A DNA stretch of 64,000 nt from a virus (IMGVR_UViG_3300035659_000001), one strand, 5' to 3'. Shown: positions 8,648-18,281, numbered from the stretch's first letter. Program-made: numbers and translations. Notes: generated by a model not told the origin, from the sequence alone.

Positions 8648-9909
8648 TGTTTAAATACCTCGTCAAATGTTTTTTCTTCAATAGTAGAATTAAAATGAGT
8701 CTTAAACATATTTTTACTGCGCATGTAATCGTGTATTGTTATTTTTTGATGTTCAGTAATTTTATCATAATCCCAGAAAAATCTATTCATTGACACTTTG
8801 ACAAAACCTTTTTTATCAAGAAGAATTTGAGCATCTTTTCCTTCATGTTTGAAATTAAATTTTTCACAAAGTTCTTCAGAAAAATTAATATGATTCAAGT
8901 CAGAACAACCATAAAAATTTCCATCGCGATCAATATAACCGGATCTCCATTCTGTTTTTCTAATATCTTCTGGCTCAATATTTTTGCGATCACTTTCTTT
9001 AAGTAATGCATTAACATATTGTTCTACATTTATAGCAGGCCCAATATTAGCCATAGCTCTGGCAATAATAGCATCAGATTGATTAGTTCTTGCATTGACA
9101 AAACTATCATTTTCATTTCCTAAAAGAGTAGTGAATTCCGGTTGTTTTGACTCATAACTTTCATGAACTATTTCATTGTCGCTAAAAACAAACAAATGCT
9201 CATATTTTTTATTAAAATAGTCTCTTATTGGATTTAAATATGAAAATACTTCAGTGTAAACTCCGTAATTATGAAATTGACTCTTATAATTTTTTTTGTT
9301 TTTAAAAGTAGGGCCTTCAGATAATTCTAAAAAATCAGTAGGCAAATATTCTAAAGTTGGATCTAAAAAGAATTGTCTTGAAATATTTCTAATATCTGCC
9401 CAATATTCATTTATTTTTACTCTAATACTATTTTCAATTTTATTTTCTTCAACTGCTGAAAGCCAATTTAAAGTGTAAAATTTATTCTCTTTAAAAGTAG
9501 AAGGATATTTTCGAATTAATCTAAAAGAACGAAGATGAAACTCTGAGATATATAATCGAACTTTCTTAAGTAACATTACATCATGCCAACTATCAAGTAA
9601 CGGAAAATGCTTATTGTCTTTGCCTGATTTATTAGGATCCCAACATTTTCTGTTATCATCCACAATATCAAACTCATTAGTACCAACAAATTTTTTCTTG
9701 CCAGATACAATATCAATGAAATGTGTGTTTATGTCATCAATAGAACTGCATTGCGGAAACGTGTCTGTCCACATTTTGACGGCTTTTAATTCGCTACCTT
9801 CAGCCCAAAGATGTCGAAGTAACCATGTCATCGCTTTTCCTTCAATAGTAAAATAACATATTTTCATTGTCATAGTTTGTTTTTCTTTCAATCGTAAAAA
9901 TTGCGCCAC
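8644..9909 (-). CDS. hypothetical protein (421 aa)
   Basis: Long ORF with normal composition and no motif recognised by eye. Confidence 0.45.
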   Translation of the reverse strand: MAQFLRLKEKQTMTMKICYFTIEGKAMTWLLRHLWAEGSELKAVKMWTDTFPQCSSIDDINTHFIDIVSGKKKFVGTNEFDIVDDNRKCWDPNKSGKDNKHFPLLDSWHDVMLLKKVRLYISEFHLRSFRLIRKYPSTFKENKFYTLNWLSAVEENKIENSIRVKINEYWADIRNISRQFFLDPTLEYLPTDFLELSEGPTFKNKKNYKSQFHNYGVYTEVFSYLNPIRDYFNKKYEHLFVFSDNEIVHESYESKQPEFTTLLGNENDSFVNARTNQSDAIIARAMANIGPAINVEQYVNALLKESDRKNIEPEDIRKTEWRSGYIDRDGNFYGCSDLNHINFSEELCEKFNFKHEGKDAQILLDKKGFVKVSMNRFFWDYDKITEHQKITIHDYMRSKNMFKTHFNSTIEEKTFDEVFKQ

Positions 9910-10238
9910 AAATAGTGAACACGAGATGAGTTTCGTAATAATCCAAGTTGGGTAATTTTATTGATATTATCCACATTCAACTTTTCATTGATATTGTTCA
10001 CATCCAGCTGATTAGGCAGACAAGAAAATGAGTCTACATTAGTTGATCGCATATCTTTTATTAAAAAATCTTGTTGATGATCAACTGTAATATACTTTAC
10101 ATTTTCACATGATTTTTTAATTTCACTTGAAAGTGCAGACGAATCTGACATTGATCGCATATCTGGAGACACTTTTACTGTATGATTTGGCCATTGTAGT
10201 TCATCTGCTTTGTTGTCTATATGTAATATCATAAGCAC
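9888..10238 (-). CDS. hypothetical protein
   Basis: ORF overlapping the downstream gene by 22 nt. Confidence 0.3.
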   Translation of the reverse strand: MLMILHIDNKADELQWPNHTVKVSPDMRSMSDSSALSSEIKKSCENVKYITVDHQQDFLIKDMRSTNVDSFSCLPNQLDVNNINEKLNVDNINKITQLGLLRNSSRVHYLWRNFYD

Positions 10239-10456
10239 TCCTTTGTATAGTTTTTTTTACTTAATTTTTCACATTCTTTACAATATGTTTCAGACAAATG
10301 CCCTTTTTTACCCCAGACAGAGAGAGGAATTTCAGTTCGCATTACTTTTTTATTACCACATAAAGCAGGCTGACCGTTTAAACCAGTCTTTGATAAATGG
10401 AAATGCCACATGCCTTCTATACCTTCAACTATTTTTAAATTCTTTTGCATTTTCAT
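10229..10456 (-). CDS. hypothetical small protein
   Basis: ORF with a possible CxxC...CxxC zinc-binding arrangement ('CGNKK...CKEC'). Confidence 0.3.
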   Translation of the reverse strand: MKMQKNLKIVEGIEGMWHFHLSKTGLNGQPALCGNKKVMRTEIPLSVWGKKGHLSETYCKECEKLSKKNYTKECL

Positions 10457-10649
10457 ACTCTTCTGTATATTGTATTATTTTTTCACAATCAGTTTTATCA
10501 AGTTCACCAATATGAATTTTTTTCTTTCCCATTTTATTTGATATCCAAGAATAAGCTTCATTTTTAGTCATTTTGCCGTTTTTCCATAATTTATCAAATG
10601 CATTGTGCGCTTTAATTCGCCAATCTTTAACTTCTTTGGTTGCGGGCAC
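10425..10649 (-). CDS. hypothetical small protein
   Basis: ORF. Confidence 0.3.
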   Translation of the reverse strand: MPATKEVKDWRIKAHNAFDKLWKNGKMTKNEAYSWISNKMGKKKIHIGELDKTDCEKIIQYTEEYENAKEFKNS

Positions 10650-10651
10650 TC

Positions 10652-10819
10652 CTAATGGCTCACTTTCAGATTTGCACCATGAGAGCCATTACAATTAGGA
10701 TAATTGATACAACTATAAAATTTTTTACTTTGACCATTGTATTTGAATTTTGAAGTCTCTTTGAGGATCATGTCTGATTTGCAATATGGACAAGCATTTT
10801 TTAATGTTGTCGTTGTCAT
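10652..10819 (-). CDS. Topoisomerase-type C4 zinc-ribbon small protein (55 aa)
   Basis: Reverse-strand translation 'MTTTLKNACPYCKSDMILKETSKFKYNGQSKKFYSCINYPNCNGSHGANLKVSH*'. The pattern CPxC...FYxCxNYPxC is the zf-C4 ribbon found at the C-termini of topoisomerase I and primases. Confidence 0.4.
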   Translation of the reverse strand: MTTTTLKNACPYCKSDMILKETSKFKYNGQSKKFYSCINYPNCNGSHGANLKVSH

Positions 10820-10832
10820 TGACTCTTATTTC

Positions 10833-12497
10833 TCACTTCTTGAAAATGTTATCTACAGTTAACCACGCTCTTTTTGACATCCACAAACCAAATGTTTTCA
10901 CATATATAATTTGATTTTTTTCATGAGCATCAGAACCCAATGAAATTTTTACGCCCAAACTCTTGCATCTTTTAAGAATCATTTCATTTGCATCTAATCT
11001 ATTTGGCTGACAATTCAATTCAATTGCAACATTATTCTGTTTACAGGCTTGCAAAACAGTTTCTACGTCAACTAAATGACCCTCACGTTCATTTATTATT
11101 CGACCAATTATATGACCTATTGTATGAACTTTGCCTGTCTGTATTGCTTTCACGTACGTTTCTGTAACATCTTTCTGTGTATTGGTATGAATTGAAGCGA
11201 TTACAAAATCAAGCTGATCTAAAATTTCATCAGGATAATCTAATGAACCATCACTTTTAATATCAACTTCAGACCCTTTCAATATCTTAATCATTGGATA
11301 TTTTACTCTCAAAATATCGATTTCTTTATTCCTTTTCAATAAATCATTGATAGATAAACCTTTTGCAATTTTCAATGACTGAGAATGATCTGTTATTGCT
11401 ATTTCTTCAAGATCTTGACTAATGGCAAAATTAACAATTTCTTCAATTGATGATTTGCCGTCTGACCACGTTGAGTGTATATGATAATCACCTACAATAT
11501 TTGACTTATCTAATAAAGTGATAATATTTTGGTCTAATTTGTATTTTTGTATTTCATCTTGACCGCTTCTATGTTCTGGCGGTACCCAATGTAAACCGAG
11601 CAATTTGTAAATGTCTTTTTCAGTTCCATTGTCAAGTCTATCGCCAGTTCTTTCATTTCCATTTCTTTTGTATAAACCGTATTGTGAAAGAATGAGACCT
11701 TTTGATATTGCAATTTCACGCAATCTTTTATTATGATCTGCAGAACCTGTTAAATGCATCAAACCAGATTCAAAATCTTTTTCACTAAATGCATAACAAT
11801 CAACTCGAACGCCTTTTATCCATATTGATGATTTTTTTTCACCAGAATCAATTACACTATCGACAATTGGCATTTGTTCAAACACTCTTAATGAATCTTC
11901 TTCATTTTTTGGAATGATTGCGATGTCAATGTCACCGACAGTTTCCGTCGACCTTCTGAATGATCCACCGACATCGATTCTTAAAACGTAAGGAGATACA
12001 TAAGAAAAAATATCTCTGACTAAAATAATTGCTTCGTCTAATCTTATCCTGCCCTTTGTTTTATCTAAATATTCAAGACCTTTTTTTACTTTCAAGATCA
12101 TTTTATCACCAAGGACAGAACTAATTGAATTGTCAGCTATAGAAGCTTTTAATTGTTCAATCGTAAATATGCTTAATTCACGTTGAATCTTTATAGCAGT
12201 TTTTTCTCCAATACCTTCAACTTTTAATAATTCATCAATTTTAAAACTAGATGTAAGATGTTGTTTATTGTCTTCGATATATTGGATTTTACCCGTAGAT
12301 AAATATTCTTTGATATGACCTGCTATTTTAGGCCCTATGCCTTTTGTATTTTCTAAATCTATAGTATTTATAGGTACTGATAATAAACGGACAAATTGCG
12401 AAGCTTTTACATAAGCTCCAACAGAGAATGCATTAGAACCAGTAGCTTTTTTAATCTTCGATATCTCTAATAAAATATCACTTACATTATCATTCAT
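10833..12497 (-). CDS. polX: Family X DNA polymerase (Pol beta-like) with a C-terminal PHP phosphoesterase domain
   Basis: HhH motifs 'IGPKIAGHI' and 'IGEKTAIKI', nucleotidyltransferase 'GGSFRRSTETVGDIDI', and PHP 'DYHIHSTWSDG...ITDHSQS'. Confidence 0.85.
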   Translation of the reverse strand: MNDNVSDILLEISKIKKATGSNAFSVGAYVKASQFVRLLSVPINTIDLENTKGIGPKIAGHIKEYLSTGKIQYIEDNKQHLTSSFKIDELLKVEGIGEKTAIKIQRELSIFTIEQLKASIADNSISSVLGDKMILKVKKGLEYLDKTKGRIRLDEAIILVRDIFSYVSPYVLRIDVGGSFRRSTETVGDIDIAIIPKNEEDSLRVFEQMPIVDSVIDSGEKKSSIWIKGVRVDCYAFSEKDFESGLMHLTGSADHNKRLREIAISKGLILSQYGLYKRNGNERTGDRLDNGTEKDIYKLLGLHWVPPEHRSGQDEIQKYKLDQNIITLLDKSNIVGDYHIHSTWSDGKSSIEEIVNFAISQDLEEIAITDHSQSLKIAKGLSINDLLKRNKEIDILRVKYPMIKILKGSEVDIKSDGSLDYPDEILDQLDFVIASIHTNTQKDVTETYVKAIQTGKVHTIGHIIGRIINEREGHLVDVETVLQACKQNNVAIELNCQPNRLDANEMILKRCKSLGVKISLGSDAHEKNQIIYVKTFGLWMSKRAWLTVDNIFKK

Positions 12498-12567
12498 ATA
12501 TATATAGTCATATAGATAAGCGTAGAAAACAATAATCTATGACTTACTCTATCAATTATCGTAGCAT

Positions 12568-12927
12568 TTACTTTATTTCAATTAGCGTAGAATCAGCTGT
12601 AAGTGCAGTCTGCTTAGGTAAAATAACTGATAGCCCACAATCATGACCTTGAAAGAAAGAATGAGTGACGCAAGCTGCGCCTTGAGGTATATTAACAACT
12701 TCATTTTCTGGTCTTTTCCAAGGAGCAAAATCAGGAGGTGTTAATATCTTTTTATTATCTAATCGAACAAATTTATAATAAGTTCGAGAACCGCCAGACC
12801 AATTTGCGTTGTATCCAGTGTCTATAGAGTCTTCATAAGATAAATAAAATTTTCGACCGGTATAATCTGGATATACTTGTTTTGCTAATCTATAAATTTT
12901 AGGATGCGACTTCTTTGTTATTTTCAT
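12568..12927 (-). CDS. hypothetical protein
   Basis: ORF. Confidence 0.35.
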   Translation of the reverse strand: MKITKKSHPKIYRLAKQVYPDYTGRKFYLSYEDSIDTGYNANWSGGSRTYYKFVRLDNKKILTPPDFAPWKRPENEVVNIPQGAACVTHSFFQGHDCGLSVILPKQTALTADSTLIEIK

Positions 12928-13013
12928 AAATAAATAATCAATTAAATAATCATAGACATGTAAAGCTATTGAGGCATCTTACATATAAATCACTATGAAA
13001 GGAATCTTCTTTT

Positions 13014-13886
13014 ATGAAAATTGAATTTTATGGTGTTCGTGGAAGCTATCCAGTACCAGGTAATGATACTATCAAATATGGTGGCAACACAACGTGTGTT
13101 TCAATTTCAAAAGAAGTTAATGGTAAAATAATTAGACTTATTTTTGATAGTGGTACTGGCATCATTCGTCTTGGAAAAGACATTATTAAAAATTATTTTG
13201 AAGGCAAAGAAACTTTATGTGTTAATTTGTTTTTCACGCATTTACATCCTGATCATTGTCAAGGATTTCCATTTTTTGCTGTCAATTTTTTTAAAAATAG
13301 TTGTTTAAAGCTTTATGGAATGCAAACTTTGCATAAACATATTGGCGATATTTTATCCGAACAAATGTATCCGCCAAATTTTCCTATAGAATATCGAGAT
13401 TTAAAAAGTGATAGAGAAAGCATTGTTTTAGTTGATGGTCAAACAATAACAATAAGTGATTTTACTGTTACTTGTATGCAAGCGTTTGCACCGTCACATC
13501 CTCAGCAAGGTGCAATGTATTATAAAGTACGTGATAATTATGCTAATACAGAAGTTGTTTGTGTTTGGGACAATGAGTCAAAAATTGGTGGTGATCAAGC
13601 AGTTATTAGGTTTGCAAAAGATTGCAATGTTATGATTCATGACACACATTATACTTCTGAAGAATATGTAAGTAATAAAATAATTGTTCAAGGTTTTGGT
13701 CATTCAACATACGACATGGCTATGAATAATGCTATTCAAGCGCATATAAAGCAAAAGTTGATTTGTTTACATTTTAATCCGTTACATGATGATTATAAAT
13801 TAGATTTAATTCAGAAACAAATAAATGATAATTGTAGACCTTTTGAGACAGTTTTGGCCAAAGAAGGATTGATTTTAATAATATAA
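13014..13886 (+). CDS. Metallo-beta-lactamase-fold hydrolase
   Basis: 'HTHLHPDHCQG' HxHxDH motif and further H/D ligands ('GHSTYD'). RBS 'aaaggaatcttctttt ATG'. Confidence 0.6.
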   Translation: MKIEFYGVRGSYPVPGNDTIKYGGNTTCVSISKEVNGKIIRLIFDSGTGIIRLGKDIIKNYFEGKETLCVNLFFTHLHPDHCQGFPFFAVNFFKNSCLKLYGMQTLHKHIGDILSEQMYPPNFPIEYRDLKSDRESIVLVDGQTITISDFTVTCMQAFAPSHPQQGAMYYKVRDNYANTEVVCVWDNESKIGGDQAVIRFAKDCNVMIHDTHYTSEEYVSNKIIVQGFGHSTYDMAMNNAIQAHIKQKLICLHFNPLHDDYKLDLIQKQINDNCRPFETVLAKEGLILII

Positions 13887-13895
13887 GAGGAATGT

Positions 13896-14102
13896 ATGTT
13901 TTTAATATTATTGGAAATTACTGTAGCGTGTATAGTGTTAATATTTTTTGTTACGCAATTAATTATACCTCTTTTTAGAGGAACTGTTTTCTTTCCTATG
14001 TTTAGAGAAGAGAGTGATTTAGAAACTAAATTACGAAAAACAAAGCAAAAGAAATTAGAGAAAAACTTGCAAGATGAAATTAAAAAAAATGAAAGCATAT
14101 AA
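13896..14102 (+). CDS. small membrane protein
   Basis: Hydrophobic N-terminal helix and a Lys-rich tail. RBS 'agaggaatgt ATG'. Confidence 0.3.
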   Translation: MFLILLEITVACIVLIFFVTQLIIPLFRGTVFFPMFREESDLETKLRKTKQKKLEKNLQDEIKKNESI

Positions 14103-15067
14103 TGTCAAAAAAACTATTAACAAATTTAAAGGAGAAGAGTATGTCACCGAAAACGATGGGTTTAACTGCTTTAGTTTCTATTGCATGTTTATTTTTTCTA
14201 ATTTCATGTTTTAAATTGTTTGAAAATAATAATGCAAATCAAATTATGTGTGTTCAAAGTCCTATACTTGGTAAATTAACATGGTACATTACTGCCGGCA
14301 CTAAATGGCAAGGATTTGGAAAAATTACAAAATATGATAAACGTTCTATTTATAATTTTTCATTACCAGTTAGATTTAATGATGCAGGACACGCCACTAT
14401 GACTGGATCAGTTCAATTTGATATGTCATTATCTAAAGAACATCTTGATAAAGTACAATCTAAGTTTGGTACTGAAGAAGCTATAAAAACTCAATTGTTA
14501 CAAACTGTAGTTAATAAGTGTTTGTATATGACTGGCCCAATGATGAGTAGTAAAGAATCGTATGCTGAAAAGAGAAGCTATCTAATTAATTATGTAGAAG
14601 ATCAAATATCGAATGGCATTTTTAGGACTGCTATAAAAGATACTACAATTAAAGACCCTATTACAGGAGTAGATAAGATGGCTTCTTTAGTTGAAATTGT
14701 CACTGTAAACAAAATTCCTCAGCGTCAGGAAGAAGCTGTATTAAAAGAATTTGGAATTAGAGCATTTAACTTTTCTATTGAGAAATTAGATTATGACGAA
14801 ACTGTTGAGAAACAAATACAGCAACAACAACAAATGACAATGGCAGTACAGACGTCAATAGCTGATGCAAAGAGAGCAGAGCAAGCAGCTATTACTGCAG
14901 AAGCTAATGGAAAAGCAAATGCTGCTACTGCAAAATGGGAACAAGAAACTAATAAAGCTCGTGCTGTTACTATAGCTGAAAAAGATAGAGATAGTTGTAA
15001 ATTAGTTATGGAAGCTGCAGCATTTAGGAAGCAAGCAAGTATATATAACTTTTGGATGATTTTATAG
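14102..15067 (+). CDS. SPFH/band-7 (prohibitin/stomatin/HflC-like) membrane protein
   Basis: N-terminal transmembrane segment, a central SPFH-like region and a C-terminal Ala/Glu-rich coiled coil 'ADAKRAEQAAITAEANGKANAATAKWEQE'. Confidence 0.55.
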   Translation: MSKKLLTNLKEKSMSPKTMGLTALVSIACLFFLISCFKLFENNNANQIMCVQSPILGKLTWYITAGTKWQGFGKITKYDKRSIYNFSLPVRFNDAGHATMTGSVQFDMSLSKEHLDKVQSKFGTEEAIKTQLLQTVVNKCLYMTGPMMSSKESYAEKRSYLINYVEDQISNGIFRTAIKDTTIKDPITGVDKMASLVEIVTVNKIPQRQEEAVLKEFGIRAFNFSIEKLDYDETVEKQIQQQQQMTMAVQTSIADAKRAEQAAITAEANGKANAATAKWEQETNKARAVTIAEKDRDSCKLVMEAAAFRKQASIYNFWMIL

Positions 15068-15439
15068 TAACCAATAGAAATTGCGTCGTAATCAAAACGT
15101 AATAATAGGAGTAAGATTTGTAAAATAAAGACTTTATTGCACAGATTAACTAAAAAGAAGTTAAAAAATGCAAAAAAAAACATCACAAAAACTTAACGTA
15201 CAAAAACTTAAAGTAAAACTAATTAGTAACGAACTTGGGTGGTTTGTGTCGATTGAACAATCTAAGTCTTTTTCATATTATTGGTACTCTTTTTTAATAT
15301 GGTTAATGAGAACATTTATGAGATATGAAATTAAAATTGCCAAAATATGTAGAAACATTCATAACTTTCTTTACTGTGATCATAATGATATACGATAAAT
15401 TAGTACTACAATTGTAGGTCGTTTTGAATAAGGAAAAAT

Positions 15440-15709
15440 ATGATATGTTTACGTTGTGGTTATTGCTGCAAAAAATATTTTGTAGCAATAGTTAATGATC
15501 CAAGCAAAGGTATAACAGATAAAAATATAATTATACAAACTGGCGATAATCGATGTAAACATTTAGTAGGTACTGAAGTAGGTAAATATAGTTGCGCCAT
15601 ACATGACTATACTTGGTATAAAGAAACACCGTGTTATCAATTTGATCAAGTAGGTAAAATAGATGCTCCATGTAGAATAGGTGTTTATCAATTAAGTAAG
15701 GTTAACTAA
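15440..15709 (+). CDS. YkgJ/UPF0153-family CxxCxxCC Fe/Zn-chelating domain protein
   Basis: 'CLRCGYCCKKY' plus downstream Cys residues ('NRCKHL','CAIHD','PCYQF'). Confidence 0.5.
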   Translation: MICLRCGYCCKKYFVAIVNDPSKGITDKNIIIQTGDNRCKHLVGTEVGKYSCAIHDYTWYKETPCYQFDQVGKIDAPCRIGVYQLSKVN

Positions 15710-15754
15710 AAATTTTGTGATTATCTTGCAAAAGGATAGTAATAGTTAGTCTAT

Positions 15755-15899
15755 GGTTACTCGATTAATGCATTATTACAGATGGTCTGATCGTGCCGGT
15801 AATGGCAATTAATTGCTACTCGTAACTCGGCGATTAAACACCATACTATTACAAATTCGATAAGTGCGGGTGCACACGTGCGTGTATTAATTGGTAACC
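15755..15899. ncRNA. Candidate structured RNA (GC-rich island closed by a long-range stem)
   Basis: A 310-nt ORF-free gap. GGTTACTCGATTAATGC ... GTATTAATTGGTAACC closes about 140 nt. Internal palindromes GCAATTAATTGC and GTGCACACGTGCG. GC content well above the flanks. Confidence 0.3.
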
Positions 15900-16022
15900 T
15901 GGACTTTTTAAAAACTTTTGGGGTATAGATCAACAGTTATGACTATGAAATATATAGTTAATAATAATATAAATTATAGCAGTCGCATTTTATTTATACC
16001 ATAGCTTTAAAAAGGAAAGAGT

Positions 16023-17000
16023 ATGAAAGCAAATTTAGCAAAACAAGATAAAAAGCGCTTTGTAATTATGTTAATTTGTCTCATTTTATTTTCATTGTGC
16101 TTTGCGCAAAAAGATTCAACAAGTGATAGTTCACACGTGCTATTACCAAAGTCAATCGGTCCAACAACTCTATTTCAAAAATCATCAAGATTTAGAATGC
16201 AAGAATATAATTATTTCCTTTTTGGTTTAAGTAAAAAAAGTCCTATAATGGAATACAAAAATCAAGTTAAAATTTTATTTAGCATGAAATTTAATTTTTT
16301 TACTTTTACTTATGATTCATTATTAGTACTTGTTAAATTCAAAAAGATAACTAAAAATTTTAATTTATATAGAAGTTTAAACGTTGATATCGGCTATAGA
16401 CAAAAAAGCTTCTGGAATATTTATGATGATTCTACTTCTCGTCCAATGTATGACAATAATTACTCACCCTCTTTCTATCTTTCATGGATAACTTACATCA
16501 AAAAAATATCATTACCAATTTCAATATTAGCAGGCTATGTTCACGAATCAAACGGTGGAGCTACTTTTTTAAACCCATATTGTCCGGCAATATCAAGAAG
16601 TTGGGATAGAATTTATTTAGGCGCAAGCGCAGGAAATTTACAAACAAATCTTGTAACATTTCAATTAGATATGTGGGTACCTTTTGGTCTTGAAGAAAAT
16701 ACTGATATATATAAACATTATGGAATTGGTGAAATAACTTTGTACTATCAGCCATTTTTCAAATATCAACATTCATTATCAAATTTTGGTCTATCATTTA
16801 CGTGGAAAATAGCTAGTGAAAATTTCAACAATGCTGAACTTAGCTTATTTTTCAGTCCCTTTCAATTTGCTAAAAACAAAATTCTACGATTATTCACGCC
16901 CACATTTTATTCTCAACTATATTTAGGAAGCGGTGAGAATTTAATTGATTATCAAACTAGACATATTTCTTTTAGAATCGGTTTAGCTACGTTATTTTAA
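16023..17000 (+). CDS. pldA: Outer-membrane phospholipase A (OMPLA/PldA family) with signal peptide
   Basis: Signal peptide 'FVIMLICLILFSLCFA', a catalytic 'HESNGG...SRSWDRIYLG' block matching PldA 'HDSNG...SRSWNRLY', and a beta-barrel C-terminus ending in F. Confidence 0.75.
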   Translation: MKANLAKQDKKRFVIMLICLILFSLCFAQKDSTSDSSHVLLPKSIGPTTLFQKSSRFRMQEYNYFLFGLSKKSPIMEYKNQVKILFSMKFNFFTFTYDSLLVLVKFKKITKNFNLYRSLNVDIGYRQKSFWNIYDDSTSRPMYDNNYSPSFYLSWITYIKKISLPISILAGYVHESNGGATFLNPYCPAISRSWDRIYLGASAGNLQTNLVTFQLDMWVPFGLEENTDIYKHYGIGEITLYYQPFFKYQHSLSNFGLSFTWKIASENFNNAELSLFFSPFQFAKNKILRLFTPTFYSQLYLGSGENLIDYQTRHISFRIGLATLF

Positions 17001-17163
17001 GGTCATAGAATGAATGTAAAATGCATTTCAACGATAGTAAAAATACTCTATAATGGCAAATTGTTTGACCATAATCAAGTACTTAATTACAAAAACAGAT
17101 TTTGACTTGTCTATGTGAATTTAGTTGACTATAATAATAGTTCGATAGGTAGTTGTAAGAAAT

Positions 17164-17305
17164 AAAGGGTTACTTTTATGATTAGTATGCAGCGTTCATT
17201 AGGTGTGCGACAGTTTTCCTTCGAGGGAAACCCATGGTACGCGAACTCGAAGATACCGCGTATGGTGTCTTATTCGTTGCTGAAAATTATGAAGTAACCC
17301 TTTTT
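17164..17305 (+). ncRNA. Candidate cis-regulatory structured RNA upstream of the nucleotidyltransferase gene
   Basis: A 9-bp closing stem GGGTTACTT/AAGTAACCC encloses about 125 nt with at least two internal hairpins (TTCC-TTCGAG-GGAA; GTACGCG...CGCGTAT). GC-rich and ORF-free. Confidence 0.35.
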
Positions 17306-17348
17306 ACAATAACGTCAAAATTATTTTAAGATCATAGAACTAGATTAA

Positions 17349-18281
17349 ATGAAAATTTCAAATATTCATTCATTAATGACAAGAATACAAACTGTATTTA
17401 TTGATAATTTTGGTTTTACACCATTACGTCAAAGAAATCAAGACATACTCACAGAAGCTATTGAGATATCAAGGTTTTCATCGACTGCTAATCTCAAAGA
17501 AGAACATGGTGATTTATTGTGCAGCCTTTTAATGAGTTTCAAAGAAAACGGTTGGGACCCTGTTGAATGTGTTGAAGCAACATTAAATAAAATTGAAAGA
17601 AGAAAAAGTCAATATCAAGCATACGGTCGAAAATTGTCAATAGCTATTTTAGGTGGTGCGTTTGACCCAATTACTGTGGGCCATATTGCAGTCGCTGAAT
17701 TTCTATTAAATGCTAGCTCACAATTCGACGAAGTCTGGATAACACCCTGTCGTAAGCATTTATTTAATAAAAAATTAGCAGATGCTGAGTATAGATTAGA
17801 ATTATGCAGATTAGCAACAAAGCATGATAGACGTATAAAAGTTTGGGATTATGAAATTAAACATAAACTTGGCGGTGAAACTTACAATCTTGTTAAACGA
17901 TTATTAGCAGATAAAGAATATTATGATAAATATAGTTTTTCAATTGTAATAGGCATGGATAATGCAAACACTTTCAATCAATGGATGAATTTTGAACATC
18001 TTGAACGATTAATACCATTTGTTGTTGTTACTAGAAGTGGTATAGAGATAAAGCATGAAAGTAATTGGTATTTAAAGTCACCGCATAAGTTTCTTGTGCC
18101 AGAGAAACCATTGCCTGAAGTTTCATCAACAATTATTAAAGCTGATTTATGCATATATTATAATATTTTTAAATCAGCGGGTGCTAGTTTAGGTAAAGAA
18201 AATCCATTAATAAATCGATTGAAAAATAATTTGAATCCTGAAGTTTTTGCGTCAATTATAAAAAATGAGGCATATAAGTGA
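17349..18281 (+). CDS. Nicotinamide/nicotinate mononucleotide adenylyltransferase-like enzyme (NadD/NMNAT family)
   Basis: 'ILGGAFDPITVGHIAVAE' (cytidylyltransferase GxFxPxHxGH), 'GGETYNLVKRL', 'IVIGMDNANTF'. A ~100-aa N-terminal extension of unknown function. Confidence 0.65.
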   Translation: MKISNIHSLMTRIQTVFIDNFGFTPLRQRNQDILTEAIEISRFSSTANLKEEHGDLLCSLLMSFKENGWDPVECVEATLNKIERRKSQYQAYGRKLSIAILGGAFDPITVGHIAVAEFLLNASSQFDEVWITPCRKHLFNKKLADAEYRLELCRLATKHDRRIKVWDYEIKHKLGGETYNLVKRLLADKEYYDKYSFSIVIGMDNANTFNQWMNFEHLERLIPFVVVTRSGIEIKHESNWYLKSPHKFLVPEKPLPEVSSTIIKADLCIYYNIFKSAGASLGKENPLINRLKNNLNPEVFASIIKNEAYK

